Virus record (IMG/VR): IMGVR_UViG_3300038829_000010
Coordinates: 1-43,987 of that record
DNA from: a virus
Taxonomy: Duplodnaviria > Caudoviricetes
Length of the DNA stretch: 43,987 nucleotides
Direction: 5' to 3' (one strand)
Below are positions 15,926 through 25,937 of the stretch, piece by piece. Under the pieces are notes generated by a model, which saw only the letters and a list, made by a program, of their open reading frames with translations, did no database searches and was not told the DNA's origin. Numbering within the stretch: the first letter of the stretch is position 1; each line of letters starts with the position of its first letter. Made by a program: the position numbers and the translations under genes.

Positions 15926-17908
15926 TTATTTAACGTATACGCCTAATGCTGTTGCGGTTCCGCCTGTACAAATACAAGATGCCCCGCGGCAAATATTTCC
16001 GTCAAACGTACCGCCTGAGCAATAAAATAACTGCGTTCCAGCGGAGACGGTTGTCTGTAGACCGATGGTTCCGCCGCTTGGTTGCATCTCGATTTTCCCC
16101 GCGTTGGCGAGGCCCTGGTCGATGGTCTGCATCTGCCACACGCGCGAAGAATCGGTCGCGTGTCCATAGAACGACATCGCAAGAGCTGAGTAGTTTGTCG
16201 CGTCCGTGCTTTTCATGATGTAGAACGTCTGTCCCGAAGTGTTTTTCTTGTAGACGCCGACGCCGAGGTCGACCAATCCGTCAGCCGCGCGGCTCAGGTT
16301 CGCCCCCGTGACCAGGGTGCTGTTGAGCGTGGTCGCCCCCGTCACGCCCAGGGTGCCACTCAACGTCGAGGCCCCCGCGACGCCAAGAGTGCCCGCCAGG
16401 AGCAAGTCCCCGGATACCGAGCCGGTGCTCTTGGTCGCGCCTGCACCGAAGTTGAAGGAGCCGTTGACGTTGAACGTGCTCTGGGTCACGGTCGTTCCGA
16501 CGCCGATGTTGCCACCGGCGCCACCGTTGAATGTCATGGCGGTCCCGGCCACGCTCGAAGAGTAGGGCGTTATCGTCGTGCCACCGTACACGATCCCCGT
16601 GGTCCCGGCCGCGTTAAGAACCGACCACGTTGGAGATGAATTCGTATACACTCCGCCGTTTCCGTTCGATGTGGTCAGGGCGCCCGAGACGTTGACCGCC
16701 CCCGAGAACGTTCCAGTTCCTGCCGACACGCCGTAGGGCACGACTAGCGATCCATAAGAATACGTACCCTGCCCCGCGCCGTTTCCGCCCAGATAGATAA
16801 ATTTATTGTCCAAGAAGATCGAATTCATGTTCTGCGCACCGACGTAGAACGTGTCGGATGAATCCGTCCCAAGCAATCGGTAATAGGTCGCGCCACCGAA
16901 AACGCCAGAATAAATCCCGGCCCCGTTCCCTATGGTAATTACGTGACCTTGAATGTCGTAACCTGTTGCCCCCACCCCCAGCCGAATGTATGTGTCGGCG
17001 TTTGGCGCAGTGTAGTTGGAGTTATTGTAGATGCCGAATCCGGGGTTGAAGCCAATGCCAGACGTGCCGGTTCCCGCGTTGGCAGTGATCGAGTCGATCC
17101 AAATTCCGTAGCCGCCCGTGACGGACGCGACGCCGTCGGTCTGACCGTTGAGCACCCGAAGCCCGATCTGAAAAGGGACATTGCGCGCCGACCCGGTATC
17201 AGATTTATTAAACGACCCGGCTGCGATACCGTGAGAGTGGATTGATCCGCTCACGCCCGCGGTCACGTCGATAACCGGGAAAGACCAAATGCCCCACGTA
17301 TTCGGTCCTGGATTGGTCACACCCCACCCAACGATGTCGGCCTTGGTTAAATCGTTGCTGCCGACACCAATAATGGCATTGTCGTGATTCCCCGCATCAG
17401 CATTTCTTCCAAACCGAGAAGTTTCCGCCCTGGCCCAAAACTGATTATTCGGATACGCATAGGCAGGCGCCGCAACGCCGATACCGACGCTTCCGCCGAT
17501 TGCCGATGATACCGTGCTGTTGCCAACGGTAAAATATGAGGACACATTCGCGGTCGCCGCGGCGATACCATATGTAACTCTTAATCCGCTACCTCCAGTA
17601 ACAGCACCGCTAGACATACTAATTCCACTCGCCGCTATAATTGGCGAAGAGATGTAAACGTTTGCGCCACGCGCTGTGATTGTGTCGACATAAATCTGGC
17701 CGAACGTGGGCCTGGAAGTCGAGCTCACATAAGCGGCAGACGAACTAAGTCTGTCGAATGTGTCGTTAATGCAACCGAAAATCTGTGTGCCGGATGCGGT
17801 CGAGCGGACCTTCGATAGCGTCAACCCTCCGCTAGTGTACTGACATCCTGTGAGTTGCGCTTTGGCGGGCATGACCGCCAAAAGCATGAGCATGATTAAC
17901 GTTTTCAT
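15926..17908 (-). CDS. Putative tail fibre / receptor-binding protein with N-terminal signal peptide
   Basis: Last tail-module gene. G/S/T-rich beta repeats (VGIG, GNIGVGTT, TLGVAGASTLSGTLGVTGATTL). N-terminus MKTLIMLMLLAVMPAKA. Confidence 0.75.
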   Translation of the reverse strand: MKTLIMLMLLAVMPAKAQLTGCQYTSGGLTLSKVRSTASGTQIFGCINDTFDRLSSSAAYVSSTSRPTFGQIYVDTITARGANVYISSPIIAASGISMSSGAVTGGSGLRVTYGIAAATANVSSYFTVGNSTVSSAIGGSVGIGVAAPAYAYPNNQFWARAETSRFGRNADAGNHDNAIIGVGSNDLTKADIVGWGVTNPGPNTWGIWSFPVIDVTAGVSGSIHSHGIAAGSFNKSDTGSARNVPFQIGLRVLNGQTDGVASVTGGYGIWIDSITANAGTGTSGIGFNPGFGIYNNSNYTAPNADTYIRLGVGATGYDIQGHVITIGNGAGIYSGVFGGATYYRLLGTDSSDTFYVGAQNMNSIFLDNKFIYLGGNGAGQGTYSYGSLVVPYGVSAGTGTFSGAVNVSGALTTSNGNGGVYTNSSPTWSVLNAAGTTGIVYGGTTITPYSSSVAGTAMTFNGGAGGNIGVGTTVTQSTFNVNGSFNFGAGATKSTGSVSGDLLLAGTLGVAGASTLSGTLGVTGATTLNSTLVTGANLSRAADGLVDLGVGVYKKNTSGQTFYIMKSTDATNYSALAMSFYGHATDSSRVWQMQTIDQGLANAGKIEMQPSGGTIGLQTTVSAGTQLFYCSGGTFDGNICRGASCICTGGTATALGVYVK

Positions 17909-20379
17909 TAGAGTACCTCTTGTACGAGTATGTCCGCCTGTCCGGTGTCCTTGTTTGGGCTATAATACAAAACGCGCCAGTCCTTCGCCGCTGAGATTAC
18001 ATTGCCCGGCGCGCCCATGTGGAAGTATGGTGAGTCAGCGCGGAGCAGTTCGTCGTTCGCTTGGAGTACGCCGAGCAATGGATGATCGTAATAGCTTGTA
18101 CGTACAACGTCTGAAACTTCAAGCCACGGCACGTCCCAGATTTTCATGCGCAGGCGAACCGGGGGCTTCGGGTCAGTGGCCGAGCGGCGGTTGTTGTCGT
18201 ACAGTACCCGCGCGCGGGAGTTGCCGAGGTCTAGATCGTTTGCGACCAGCGTATCGTCCAGGTCTTCATCGAGTACGTTCTTACCAAGCTCGTCGCCATC
18301 GGCAATTGTCTCAGCTGTGGCGCTCGCTTCAGTGTCGCCATATACCGAGACGAAGCCCTGGTAACGCACCCGCCCCGCACGGACGACACGCTCCGGGATG
18401 CCGTAGTCCACTTCGGAGATGTCGATGATTGCGTTCTCTTGCGTAAGGTGAACCACGTATGTGCCATTCGTCTTCGGGCCGATAACCAGCGTGCCGTCGC
18501 CCTTAAACCGAAGTTCGTAGTCCGGGAGCTTGACGTACTTCTCCATCTGTTGCATCACAGTCTTGCCGCGATGGTTCGCAAGTGAGATAAAGATATCTGA
18601 TGTGGCGAAGTTGGCAACGATAGAATCGATGGACGGCGACGTGATTGTTAATGTCGCCGAAGTAATAATCGCTTTGATCTTTAGGTATCGGCGGAGCGTG
18701 GACGTTATGACCGCGCCAGATGCAACAGCCACGTAAGCGTCAAACGAAATTCCATCCGCGGACGTCGCCGTATAATAAGTGATCGTCCCGCTATTTAATG
18801 TTGCCGTTGCAACCAGCGTTGACCACGCGGTCGGAGTGGACAGCAGGTCAAACACTTCCGATTCGTAAGTCGCGGTATCCGAGGCCGCGGTAGAAACGAC
18901 GTTGTAATTATAATAGAAGTCATCGAACGTCGCATTACCACTGGCAAACACCGCAATGCCGACATTCGTGCTGTAAGTGGTGTCCGTGTAGGTTAGCTTT
19001 GAAACACCATTCGCGAACACTTCCATGAACCCTGCGGCAGTACGTGTCACCTTGTACACGTCACCAGCACTCGCGGAATACGCCGCGCTAACTAGCAATA
19101 CTTCTGTCGGCGAACTGACTTCGTCTACTGCTCCAACGCCCTTGTAAAGATAAATCGTTGTGCCATCGATGCGTACGAAATATTTCTTCTGTGTCGGCTC
19201 GACAATGTAATAACCACCAGAGACGCCGCCCATGAAAGCGAAATCAGCGTAACCGGAAGACCTGTCCATCTTGACCTGCCACGACCCAGTTGCTCTGGCG
19301 CAGATGGTATTCACGCTGACGTCTGTCGGTGTTGCGGCCGCTAACTTGTTTGACGCAACAGACCAGCCAGTGACGCCTGACCACCCGTCCATATTGCCGT
19401 CGGTAAAATTGTCAACACACGTCCAGCCTTGCCGCAGGTCGCCCGGCGAAGTTACGCTGTCGACGTTTGTTTCGACGGTGCCGAGTTCCCACTCTGCTTG
19501 AGAGTCGATTGTCTTGCTACCGGAAAGCGAGCCGGGGAAAAACACCGTGGCAATTGACCGGACGCCGGAACTGATCCCGGCCTCGTCAGCCAGGAGGCCT
19601 AGGACAGTTTCAATGCGCTGGTTCTGAAGCCACTTCTTGACGCTAGTCTTAACCGTATGGCCGGCCACAGGCGCCGAGCTAGCCTTGATTGCCAGCCGGC
19701 CAGTATTGCCAGCCGAGGCAACCTCGTTATCGTTGGATACCCGCCACTGAGAGCCCTGGGTCCTGTTCGCTCCGTTCACCTCAAACAGTTTTGCATGGTC
19801 GACGCCGGTTGACGTGCTTTCGAAGTCCACGTTGGACCCGTCGCCGGTTGCCGGGATACAGTTCTCCAAACCTGGCTCGGTACAGACTTCCTCGGCGTCG
19901 GCCTTTTCAAGGAGCGCGGCATTGCTTGAAACTTCAATGATCGCGAACTCGGACTTGCCTGTGATCTTTGGCTTCTTAAGTTGGATGCCTGTGAATACGG
20001 ATATCCATTCTATTGTCCCAGCGGCGAGCGTGTAACCTTCTTGAACTTGCCATAGCGTCCGTGTGGCCGTGTACCCATCGGTCGCCACGGCGTCCGCGGC
20101 GTAGAAACTAGGCGAGCCGGCGTGTTCAATCCACTGGTTATTTTCGTTCGGGACCTTTAAGGACAGCACGGACGTTTTGATGATGTTGCGGTTAACATCC
20201 GACTGCTGAGGGATAGAACCGATGGAAATAAAATCAGGCTTGTCTAGAACGTTCCAATCAGTTTCGTTATAGTAGACGCCGCCCAGTTTATAGCGGCGCT
20301 TATAGCGGATACGCTGTTGGATGGCCTGACCTTGTTTGTCAGCCCAGATAGCTTTGAATTCGTCGCTTACTGTGATCAT
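17908..20379 (-). CDS. Minor tail / baseplate hub protein with internal lectin-like beta domain
   Basis: Second gene after the tape measure; DNFTDGNMDGW...FDDFY beta-sandwich-like insert. Confidence 0.7.
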   Translation of the reverse strand: MITVSDEFKAIWADKQGQAIQQRIRYKRRYKLGGVYYNETDWNVLDKPDFISIGSIPQQSDVNRNIIKTSVLSLKVPNENNQWIEHAGSPSFYAADAVATDGYTATRTLWQVQEGYTLAAGTIEWISVFTGIQLKKPKITGKSEFAIIEVSSNAALLEKADAEEVCTEPGLENCIPATGDGSNVDFESTSTGVDHAKLFEVNGANRTQGSQWRVSNDNEVASAGNTGRLAIKASSAPVAGHTVKTSVKKWLQNQRIETVLGLLADEAGISSGVRSIATVFFPGSLSGSKTIDSQAEWELGTVETNVDSVTSPGDLRQGWTCVDNFTDGNMDGWSGVTGWSVASNKLAAATPTDVSVNTICARATGSWQVKMDRSSGYADFAFMGGVSGGYYIVEPTQKKYFVRIDGTTIYLYKGVGAVDEVSSPTEVLLVSAAYSASAGDVYKVTRTAAGFMEVFANGVSKLTYTDTTYSTNVGIAVFASGNATFDDFYYNYNVVSTAASDTATYESEVFDLLSTPTAWSTLVATATLNSGTITYYTATSADGISFDAYVAVASGAVITSTLRRYLKIKAIITSATLTITSPSIDSIVANFATSDIFISLANHRGKTVMQQMEKYVKLPDYELRFKGDGTLVIGPKTNGTYVVHLTQENAIIDISEVDYGIPERVVRAGRVRYQGFVSVYGDTEASATAETIADGDELGKNVLDEDLDDTLVANDLDLGNSRARVLYDNNRRSATDPKPPVRLRMKIWDVPWLEVSDVVRTSYYDHPLLGVLQANDELLRADSPYFHMGAPGNVISAAKDWRVLYYSPNKDTGQADILVQEVL

Positions 20380-21218
20380 GCGCCGCCGATTTCCTCGATC
20401 ACCATCTGCACGCCACGCAGGTCGCCACCCTTGCTTAACGAGACATAGTTCTCGTTATATGTCCCGGGCCGCACCCGGCACAGGTACACCTGATCAGGCC
20501 GGTCGCCAGGTTCGGGGAGGAACAGGAACGCCGCGCCCCGGAGGCCGAACTCCCGGAACTGCTCCATCGCCGATTCAAACGCGTCGTAATCTTCGTAGAG
20601 CGCCGGGTCCATTATCCATGCGCACTTCGCCGCCCAGAAATGGAAGCTCGCATCCGAGCGTCCAATTAACTGGCCGCGCAGGGAGCCGTCAGCCATCTTA
20701 GCCGTCTTCTGTTGAACCTTCGGCGCTTCCGGCTTGTACTCGAATAGTGGCCCAGGCTGGAACGAGGCGCCCGCGACAATAATGTCACCAATGGCTTTCT
20801 CAGCGTCCGCTGTTTGCGCGGTAGTCATTGAGATTCGAATCCGGTCCATCGCCGTAGAGACGAGAATCTGTCGCGTGTTTTTCTCGGTCAAGACCGCCGA
20901 TGTGTAACACGAAGTCCAGGGCGCGCCATTCGTATTCGAATGTTCAATCAATAGGCCCTTAATGTTATGGTTCATCAAGAAGATATATTCGACATCATGG
21001 GACGTTCGCGCGCCTGGTATCCACAGGCCAAATTCAATCGTCTCAGTCGTTAAGTCGTTTGACCCTTGAGACTGCCATCGCGAGCGCGGGTCCATGTCAT
21101 ACAAACGATGCTTTGTAGTATCACCGCTGGATACGATTACGTCACTCCCGTCATTCGCATGCCGGTTAAGATAATTCTTCGTTAGGAACGCGGGGTATGC
21201 TCCGGGGAATATGTTCAC
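20376..21218 (-). CDS. Distal-tail-like protein
   Basis: Directly after the tape measure; positional call. Confidence 0.6.
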   Translation of the reverse strand: MNIFPGAYPAFLTKNYLNRHANDGSDVIVSSGDTTKHRLYDMDPRSRWQSQGSNDLTTETIEFGLWIPGARTSHDVEYIFLMNHNIKGLLIEHSNTNGAPWTSCYTSAVLTEKNTRQILVSTAMDRIRISMTTAQTADAEKAIGDIIVAGASFQPGPLFEYKPEAPKVQQKTAKMADGSLRGQLIGRSDASFHFWAAKCAWIMDPALYEDYDAFESAMEQFREFGLRGAAFLFLPEPGDRPDQVYLCRVRPGTYNENYVSLSKGGDLRGVQMVIEEIGGA

Positions 21219-22966
21219 GCGACTCTCCCTGAATAGGTGTCTGCGAGATTGCTAAAAGCGTTTGCGGCCGGGATAGCATTCTCAGTGCCACGCTTTGCCG
21301 CATCAGCGATGCCAGCGAGGATGCGTTCCGCCGTCGCCTCGTGGCTGAAATCTAATCCTTGAACGCTGATGTTATTCGTTACGTTCACACCGCTACCTCC
21401 CGCACCAAGCTCGTGATTTGGGATGATATGCCCCGCGCGGGGCGCGGTGAATAGCTCGGGGCCGGCCTCGCCGACTAGGGCGGTTTGCCCGCTGTGCATA
21501 GGACCACCAGACTCTAGCCCCTGTATACCGGCAATTCGTGCCACGTTCGCAAGCCCTGCCGCGAGAACCAGGGCCGCTAGGGGTGGACCGACTATGGGGC
21601 CGAGGGCCAGGGCGCGCCCTACGCCGATGTACGTATCGATCGTCGCCTGCGCCATGCCCGCCGCCTTACCGATCGCGGCCATGGTTTTATTGTGGGACTG
21701 GGACAGCGTAGAGATGGCGTTTAGTGTCGCGCCCCAGTCTGCGATGCGTTTCTGGTTCGCGGCCTTATCATCAGCAATACGCTTTGCATTAATCGTATTC
21801 TGCTTCTTCGCGTCGGCATCAATCTGCGCGAACCATTGCTTCTCTTCTTCCATTAGCTTCTTATAGCTAACGGCGTCGAGCGCGGCTTTCATCTCTGCGG
21901 CCGACTGCGCTACCACACCCGCCGTCACTGGCGCAGTCCCGGCAAGTTCGTTTGCCGCGGCCGTGTTGTCACGCATGGCCGCGCCTGCGGCCTGGAAGGC
22001 AAGCGTTCCGTCGGCAACGGAAGTGGCCATCAGTTTAATCGGGTTAACGATCTCACCAAACGATCCCATAGCGGCGTCGAGCTCGCCATGGATGAGGTTA
22101 TTAAGTCCCTGCCCTAAGTAGAATAGATTTGATACCACGCCTTCGATCTGCGTCTTAACTGCGGCGAACACCGCGGAGAACACCGCCGCAACCGTGGGGA
22201 GCGACTGGTTTACGAGCTCAATAAAGATACGCAACTGCTTGCCCGCACCTTCCTGCTCGAGGAACAGGTTGCCGAAATTCTCTTTCAGCGCGGTGATTGC
22301 CCCGCCCAGGGTGTCCCGGGACGCTATCGCCGCGCCCCCGTATGCCTTGGAGAGCTCGTTGATCAGCAACGTCTGCGCGCCTACTAGGTCGCCGTTCTGG
22401 ACAAGGCTTTCGACTTGCGCTTTTAACGTGTCAGATAGTGAAACTCCCGCGCGCTTAAGCAGGCCCATGTTATTGATAGGGTCATTAAGGGCCATGCCGA
22501 ACTTGCGTGCGGCGTCGGCGGCGTCGCCGCCTGTTGCGGCCGCGAAGTCCAATGACAACTGAATCGCCGACCGGAACACTTCCCCATGCACGTTCCGAAA
22601 CGTCATCAACGTGCGTTGCATATTGGAGATCGCTTCATCCCCGATGCCTGTGGACTGTTGGAGAACGACCTGCTGTGCTTTCAGCTGTTCAGTGGTGTAG
22701 CCAGCGGCTTGCCCCGTCGCGCGGACGGCCGCGGCCAGGAGTACCGACTCGCGCTCGGCTTCAATCGTTGCTTTAAGAACTTCGTTCAGCGACATCCCTA
22801 TCCCGATCGCCGCGAACGCCTGCTTGATCATGTCGGCGGCATTGGTAAAGGATTTCTCTAGCTCGCCGGCTTTATCCTTTGCGTCGTCAATGCCTTTATC
22901 GAGGAGCCCGGAGTCCGTTGCTAGTTCGAGGACTGCGCGCCCGAGCTCTTCGTTTGACATTCCCAT
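21215..22966 (-). CDS. Tail tape measure protein
   Basis: Ala-rich helical protein; GMALNDPI...LKRAGVS; C-terminal VGEAGPELF. Confidence 0.93.
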   Translation of the reverse strand: MGMSNEELGRAVLELATDSGLLDKGIDDAKDKAGELEKSFTNAADMIKQAFAAIGIGMSLNEVLKATIEAERESVLLAAAVRATGQAAGYTTEQLKAQQVVLQQSTGIGDEAISNMQRTLMTFRNVHGEVFRSAIQLSLDFAAATGGDAADAARKFGMALNDPINNMGLLKRAGVSLSDTLKAQVESLVQNGDLVGAQTLLINELSKAYGGAAIASRDTLGGAITALKENFGNLFLEQEGAGKQLRIFIELVNQSLPTVAAVFSAVFAAVKTQIEGVVSNLFYLGQGLNNLIHGELDAAMGSFGEIVNPIKLMATSVADGTLAFQAAGAAMRDNTAAANELAGTAPVTAGVVAQSAAEMKAALDAVSYKKLMEEEKQWFAQIDADAKKQNTINAKRIADDKAANQKRIADWGATLNAISTLSQSHNKTMAAIGKAAGMAQATIDTYIGVGRALALGPIVGPPLAALVLAAGLANVARIAGIQGLESGGPMHSGQTALVGEAGPELFTAPRAGHIIPNHELGAGGSGVNVTNNISVQGLDFSHEATAERILAGIADAAKRGTENAIPAANAFSNLADTYSGRVA

Positions 22967-22967
22967 A

Positions 22968-23357
22968 CTACGCCCCCTTCACACGGATGCCCATAGACTG
23001 AAGCATCAGTTTCATATCTTCAAAGCTCGCCGCCTTATTCGTCTTGGCCTTCTTTGAATATCGACCCATAGTTTTAACCCACTCCTGGACCTGCTTCTTC
23101 ATCTGTTGCGCTTGCCTTTTATTCTTCGGACCTACGCCGCACACCGTTGCCTGATAACGAAGAAGCGACTCCTCGGCTTTAATCACCGGCAACATCTCGA
23201 TGTAGCAGTTCACTTTACGAACCGGCATCCTCTCCCAGGTCTCCCAGTCGCCACCGTAGAAACGCTGGAGGACCGGGAAGAGGACTCCTATATCTAAGCG
23301 GCTACCGCCTCGCGCGGGAGGCTCGGCAGGCGGCTTCCGACCTCCGTCGTAAAAGCC
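22968..23357 (-). CDS. Tail assembly chaperone, frameshift (GT) extension
   Basis: The -1 frame stays open from GGCTTTT (23351-23357) through LQRFYGGDWETWERMP to the stop at 22968. Confidence 0.6.
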   Translation of the reverse strand, partial: GFYDGGRKPPAEPPARGGSRLDIGVLFPVLQRFYGGDWETWERMPVRKVNCYIEMLPVIKAEESLLRYQATVCGVGPKNKRQAQQMKKQVQEWVKTMGRYSKKAKTNKAASFEDMKLMLQSMGIRVKGA

Positions 23358-23638
23358 TGAACGATTTTCAGCTTCTTGGTATCGTTGAGCTTGGCGAGGA
23401 CTTCGGCCGGCATGTCGATTACGACACCCTGGACCATGCGGTCCAAGACTGCGGCCATCTGACGCCAGTCCTTCGCATTGGACGCGACCTCGAAATCGGT
23501 CATCATCCCACTGAACTCCGCGTCCTCTTTTAGTCCCAGGTCTTCGCGCGAACGAAGCTGGTACAGATTATCGTCGATTCTAATGCACGCCCTTTCCGGC
23601 GCTTCCGTCGTCAGCTCGAGCAATGTCTTCTGGGCCAT
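23294..23638 (-). CDS. Tail assembly chaperone (G-like)
   Basis: GGAGGAG RBS; lies between the tail tube and tape measure genes. Confidence 0.75.
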   Translation of the reverse strand: MAQKTLLELTTEAPERACIRIDDNLYQLRSREDLGLKEDAEFSGMMTDFEVASNAKDWRQMAAVLDRMVQGVVIDMPAEVLAKLNDTKKLKIVQAFTTEVGSRLPSLPREAVAA

Positions 23639-23819
23639 GGTGTTCTCCTCCGCCCTGTACGATCGAGAGTTTAATGTTGTGAGCCTCGCAGATTTCGCGG
23701 AGCTTCTCCATACACTCTTTCGCCGCGCGTCTATGAAACCGGCTTGCCTTCTTGTGCTTCTTGGCGGCGTCACGGAGGGACCTTGCCGTCGCGGCTACGT
23801 CCCCCATGTGCGCTTCCAT
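23580..23819 (-). CDS. Small basic hypothetical protein
   Basis: TAATG coupling to the tail tube gene; overlaps the chaperone start. Confidence 0.45.
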   Translation of the reverse strand: MEAHMGDVAATARSLRDAAKKHKKASRFHRRAAKECMEKLREICEAHNIKLSIVQGGGEHHGPEDIARADDGSAGKGVH

Positions 23820-24409
23820 TAACTGCGTGAGGCGTTCTGAGCTTCGATCTCGCCGAAGCCGTCGATCTCGTGTTCGATGGCCTGGAGGTCAAACAGCAGA
23901 CCGGCGGGCTCGCCCTTCTGGAACACGATTTCCGGTTCACCGATGTTGACGATGATCGGCACCTTGAAGCGCAGGTTCCAGTTCTCACCGTAGGGCGACG
24001 GCCCTTCGGCAATGAGAGCGAACTGGTTGACCAAGCGACCGCGCATCATGGACAGCTTCTTGGACCCGGCAACGCCGGACCCCGCCGCCACTTCGGTGAT
24101 GGGATTGTCGTTCAACATACGGCGGTACATCTCCAGCGTCAGGTCGAGCAGGGTAAAGGAGACCATGAGGTCCTCCTCCGTCCGCACGATCTTCCGAGGA
24201 CCCATGCTTCCCAGGGCGCGGAACACTTCCACGCTCTGCGGGTGCGAGATGGTCACGCCATCTTCGCTGATGTTCTTATCCCCTGCCTTACCCAGCAGGG
24301 TCCAGTCGACACCGGGAACGACGTCGATGGCAGGGAAAGCGGTCCCTACGGGAGCGACCCAGATTTTCGCCGGGGCCGCTATGATTTCAAACGGAGCGTC
24401 GTTTTCCAT
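23819..24409 (-). CDS. Major tail tube protein
   Basis: IWVAPVGTAFP, W..LG...EDGVTI and FTLLDLTLE pattern; position in the module. Confidence 0.85.
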   Translation of the reverse strand: MENDAPFEIIAAPAKIWVAPVGTAFPAIDVVPGVDWTLLGKAGDKNISEDGVTISHPQSVEVFRALGSMGPRKIVRTEEDLMVSFTLLDLTLEMYRRMLNDNPITEVAAGSGVAGSKKLSMMRGRLVNQFALIAEGPSPYGENWNLRFKVPIIVNIGEPEIVFQKGEPAGLLFDLQAIEHEIDGFGEIEAQNASRS

Positions 24410-24418
24410 GTGGCCTCC

Positions 24419-24826
24419 TTAGTTCCGGATCACGGCGAACGAAAGTCCGACGGTGTCCGAGATGGTGAACTCCACATCGCTCGCGCTGTTGTTGAACAGG
24501 GACGCCGGCAACGGACCGACGAACACATCTCCGGTCGTCGCGGGAACGTTCACGGTCCGATCGGAAATCGCCAGCCCTTGCGAAGTGTTCGGGGTGACGA
24601 TCGTGACGGTGCAAGCACCGGCGCCGGTCTTCTTGAAGTGGATGAAGACCTTGCCGTCATTGCGGACCTTGTACGTATTGGTCGTGAGTAGCCCGGACGA
24701 CGTGTACGTCGCCGTGAGCCCGCTGTTCAGGTTCTGCTCGACCGAAACCCGGACCTCGGTCGCAAACGCCGGGACCGCCATGGCCAGGGCCAGGGCTGCC
24801 GCCAGGAACATCTTGTACTTGTTCAT
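24419..24826 (-). CDS. Beta-rich virion accessory/decoration-like protein with Sec signal peptide
   Basis: MNKYKMFLAAALALAMAVPAFA|TEV; body NDGKVFIHFK.TGAGACTVTIVTP...VGPLP..FN; between tail terminator and tail tube genes. Confidence 0.7.
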   Translation of the reverse strand: MNKYKMFLAAALALAMAVPAFATEVRVSVEQNLNSGLTATYTSSGLLTTNTYKVRNDGKVFIHFKKTGAGACTVTIVTPNTSQGLAISDRTVNVPATTGDVFVGPLPASLFNNSASDVEFTISDTVGLSFAVIRN

Positions 24827-24835
24827 GATACCTCC

Positions 24836-25261
24836 TTATGTTTCTGACGCCAGACAGCGCCAGGTCTCCAGCACATACGGCCATTCCGTCTGCGATTCCG
24901 GCAGATGGATGGGTCCGTTTACTAGATCGAATGAGTGAAGCAGGAACCCTTCGGACATGCGGCGACGAAAGTCCTTAAGGTAGCGGTTCACTTCAAGGCG
25001 AAGTAACTCGGCCTCATAGCCGGTTTCGCCGTAGCAAATGATATCAAGCAATGTCTTTTGTAAGCGGACGAAGCTCTGGTTCTGTCCACCCTGCCCGCTT
25101 TGCCTTACCACGATACACTTACGCGGCATGAAAATTGCTTGCGCCTTCGGCACCTGAATACCGAACGCGCGGGACTCACGAGTAACGTCATCGCCAATCA
25201 GGTCGAAAATCTCCTGCGGCGTCTTAAGGACGTTAATGACTGCTTCGTGTAGGTTAGCCAT
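24836..25261 (-). CDS. Tail terminator / completion protein
   Basis: Position and the LDIICYGET..EAELL pattern. Confidence 0.65.
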   Translation of the reverse strand: MANLHEAVINVLKTPQEIFDLIGDDVTRESRAFGIQVPKAQAIFMPRKCIVVRQSGQGGQNQSFVRLQKTLLDIICYGETGYEAELLRLEVNRYLKDFRRRMSEGFLLHSFDLVNGPIHLPESQTEWPYVLETWRCLASET

Positions 25262-25590
25262 TATAGGGACGCAAGAGCGGCTTTGATATTCGCTTTCAAC
25301 TTAGGGTAAATCTTTGCCGCGGTCGGCGCCAGCCAGCGCCACTTCGGATTCGCTTCGAGGTACTTCGCATAAAACACGTTCGCGACACCCCAGAGCCCGG
25401 AAATCTTCTTACCCTTGATCGACGCCGGCTCAACCATTCGAATTCCTGGCTCCAATGTCACCGTCTGGTTTTGCCATGGGTGATTACCCTTGGCGTACCC
25501 TACCGCCTGAGCCATGGTACCATTAATCCCTATAATGGAGGCCATTTGGAGTTTGCTTTTCAGGCGATCTCCCTTCCATTGTAAGCTCAC
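25261..25590 (-). CDS. HK97 gp10-like neck/tail completion protein
   Basis: AK.NHPWQNQT..LE, YAKYLE and WLAP motifs. Confidence 0.75.
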   Translation of the reverse strand: MSLQWKGDRLKSKLQMASIIGINGTMAQAVGYAKGNHPWQNQTVTLEPGIRMVEPASIKGKKISGLWGVANVFYAKYLEANPKWRWLAPTAAKIYPKLKANIKAALASL

Positions 25591-25937
25591 GAAATCCTCC
25601 GGAGCTTAAAGGCGAGATGGTTGATGCCTGTGCCGTCAGACTTCTCTGTGCCGGTGATGACTTCGAACGGGCCGGCAAACAAGACTCGCCCGCGGCGGTC
25701 CTTAATCTGCTCGATGCGGTCGAAGGAAAGTATGTCTGTTCCGCGGTAGAATATCGCACCAACTTCTTCGACTTCAGCTTGCTGATTTTGGTCGATGACA
25801 CGTTGTCGAACTTTGCTCCACACGAAACAGGCGACACCATCTTTAACCAGCGTCCATTCCGGCTTGCCAGGGTGTCCATGGCCGTCGGTCGCCGCTATGT
25901 TGCGACGAATCTCGGCGCGCATGGTTAATCGGCTCAT
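25587..25937 (-). CDS. Head closure / stopper protein
   Basis: Position and the DGHGH...W...V.C pattern. Confidence 0.7.
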   Translation of the reverse strand: MSRLTMRAEIRRNIAATDGHGHPGKPEWTLVKDGVACFVWSKVRQRVIDQNQQAEVEEVGAIFYRGTDILSFDRIEQIKDRRGRVLFAGPFEVITGTEKSDGTGINHLAFKLRRIS

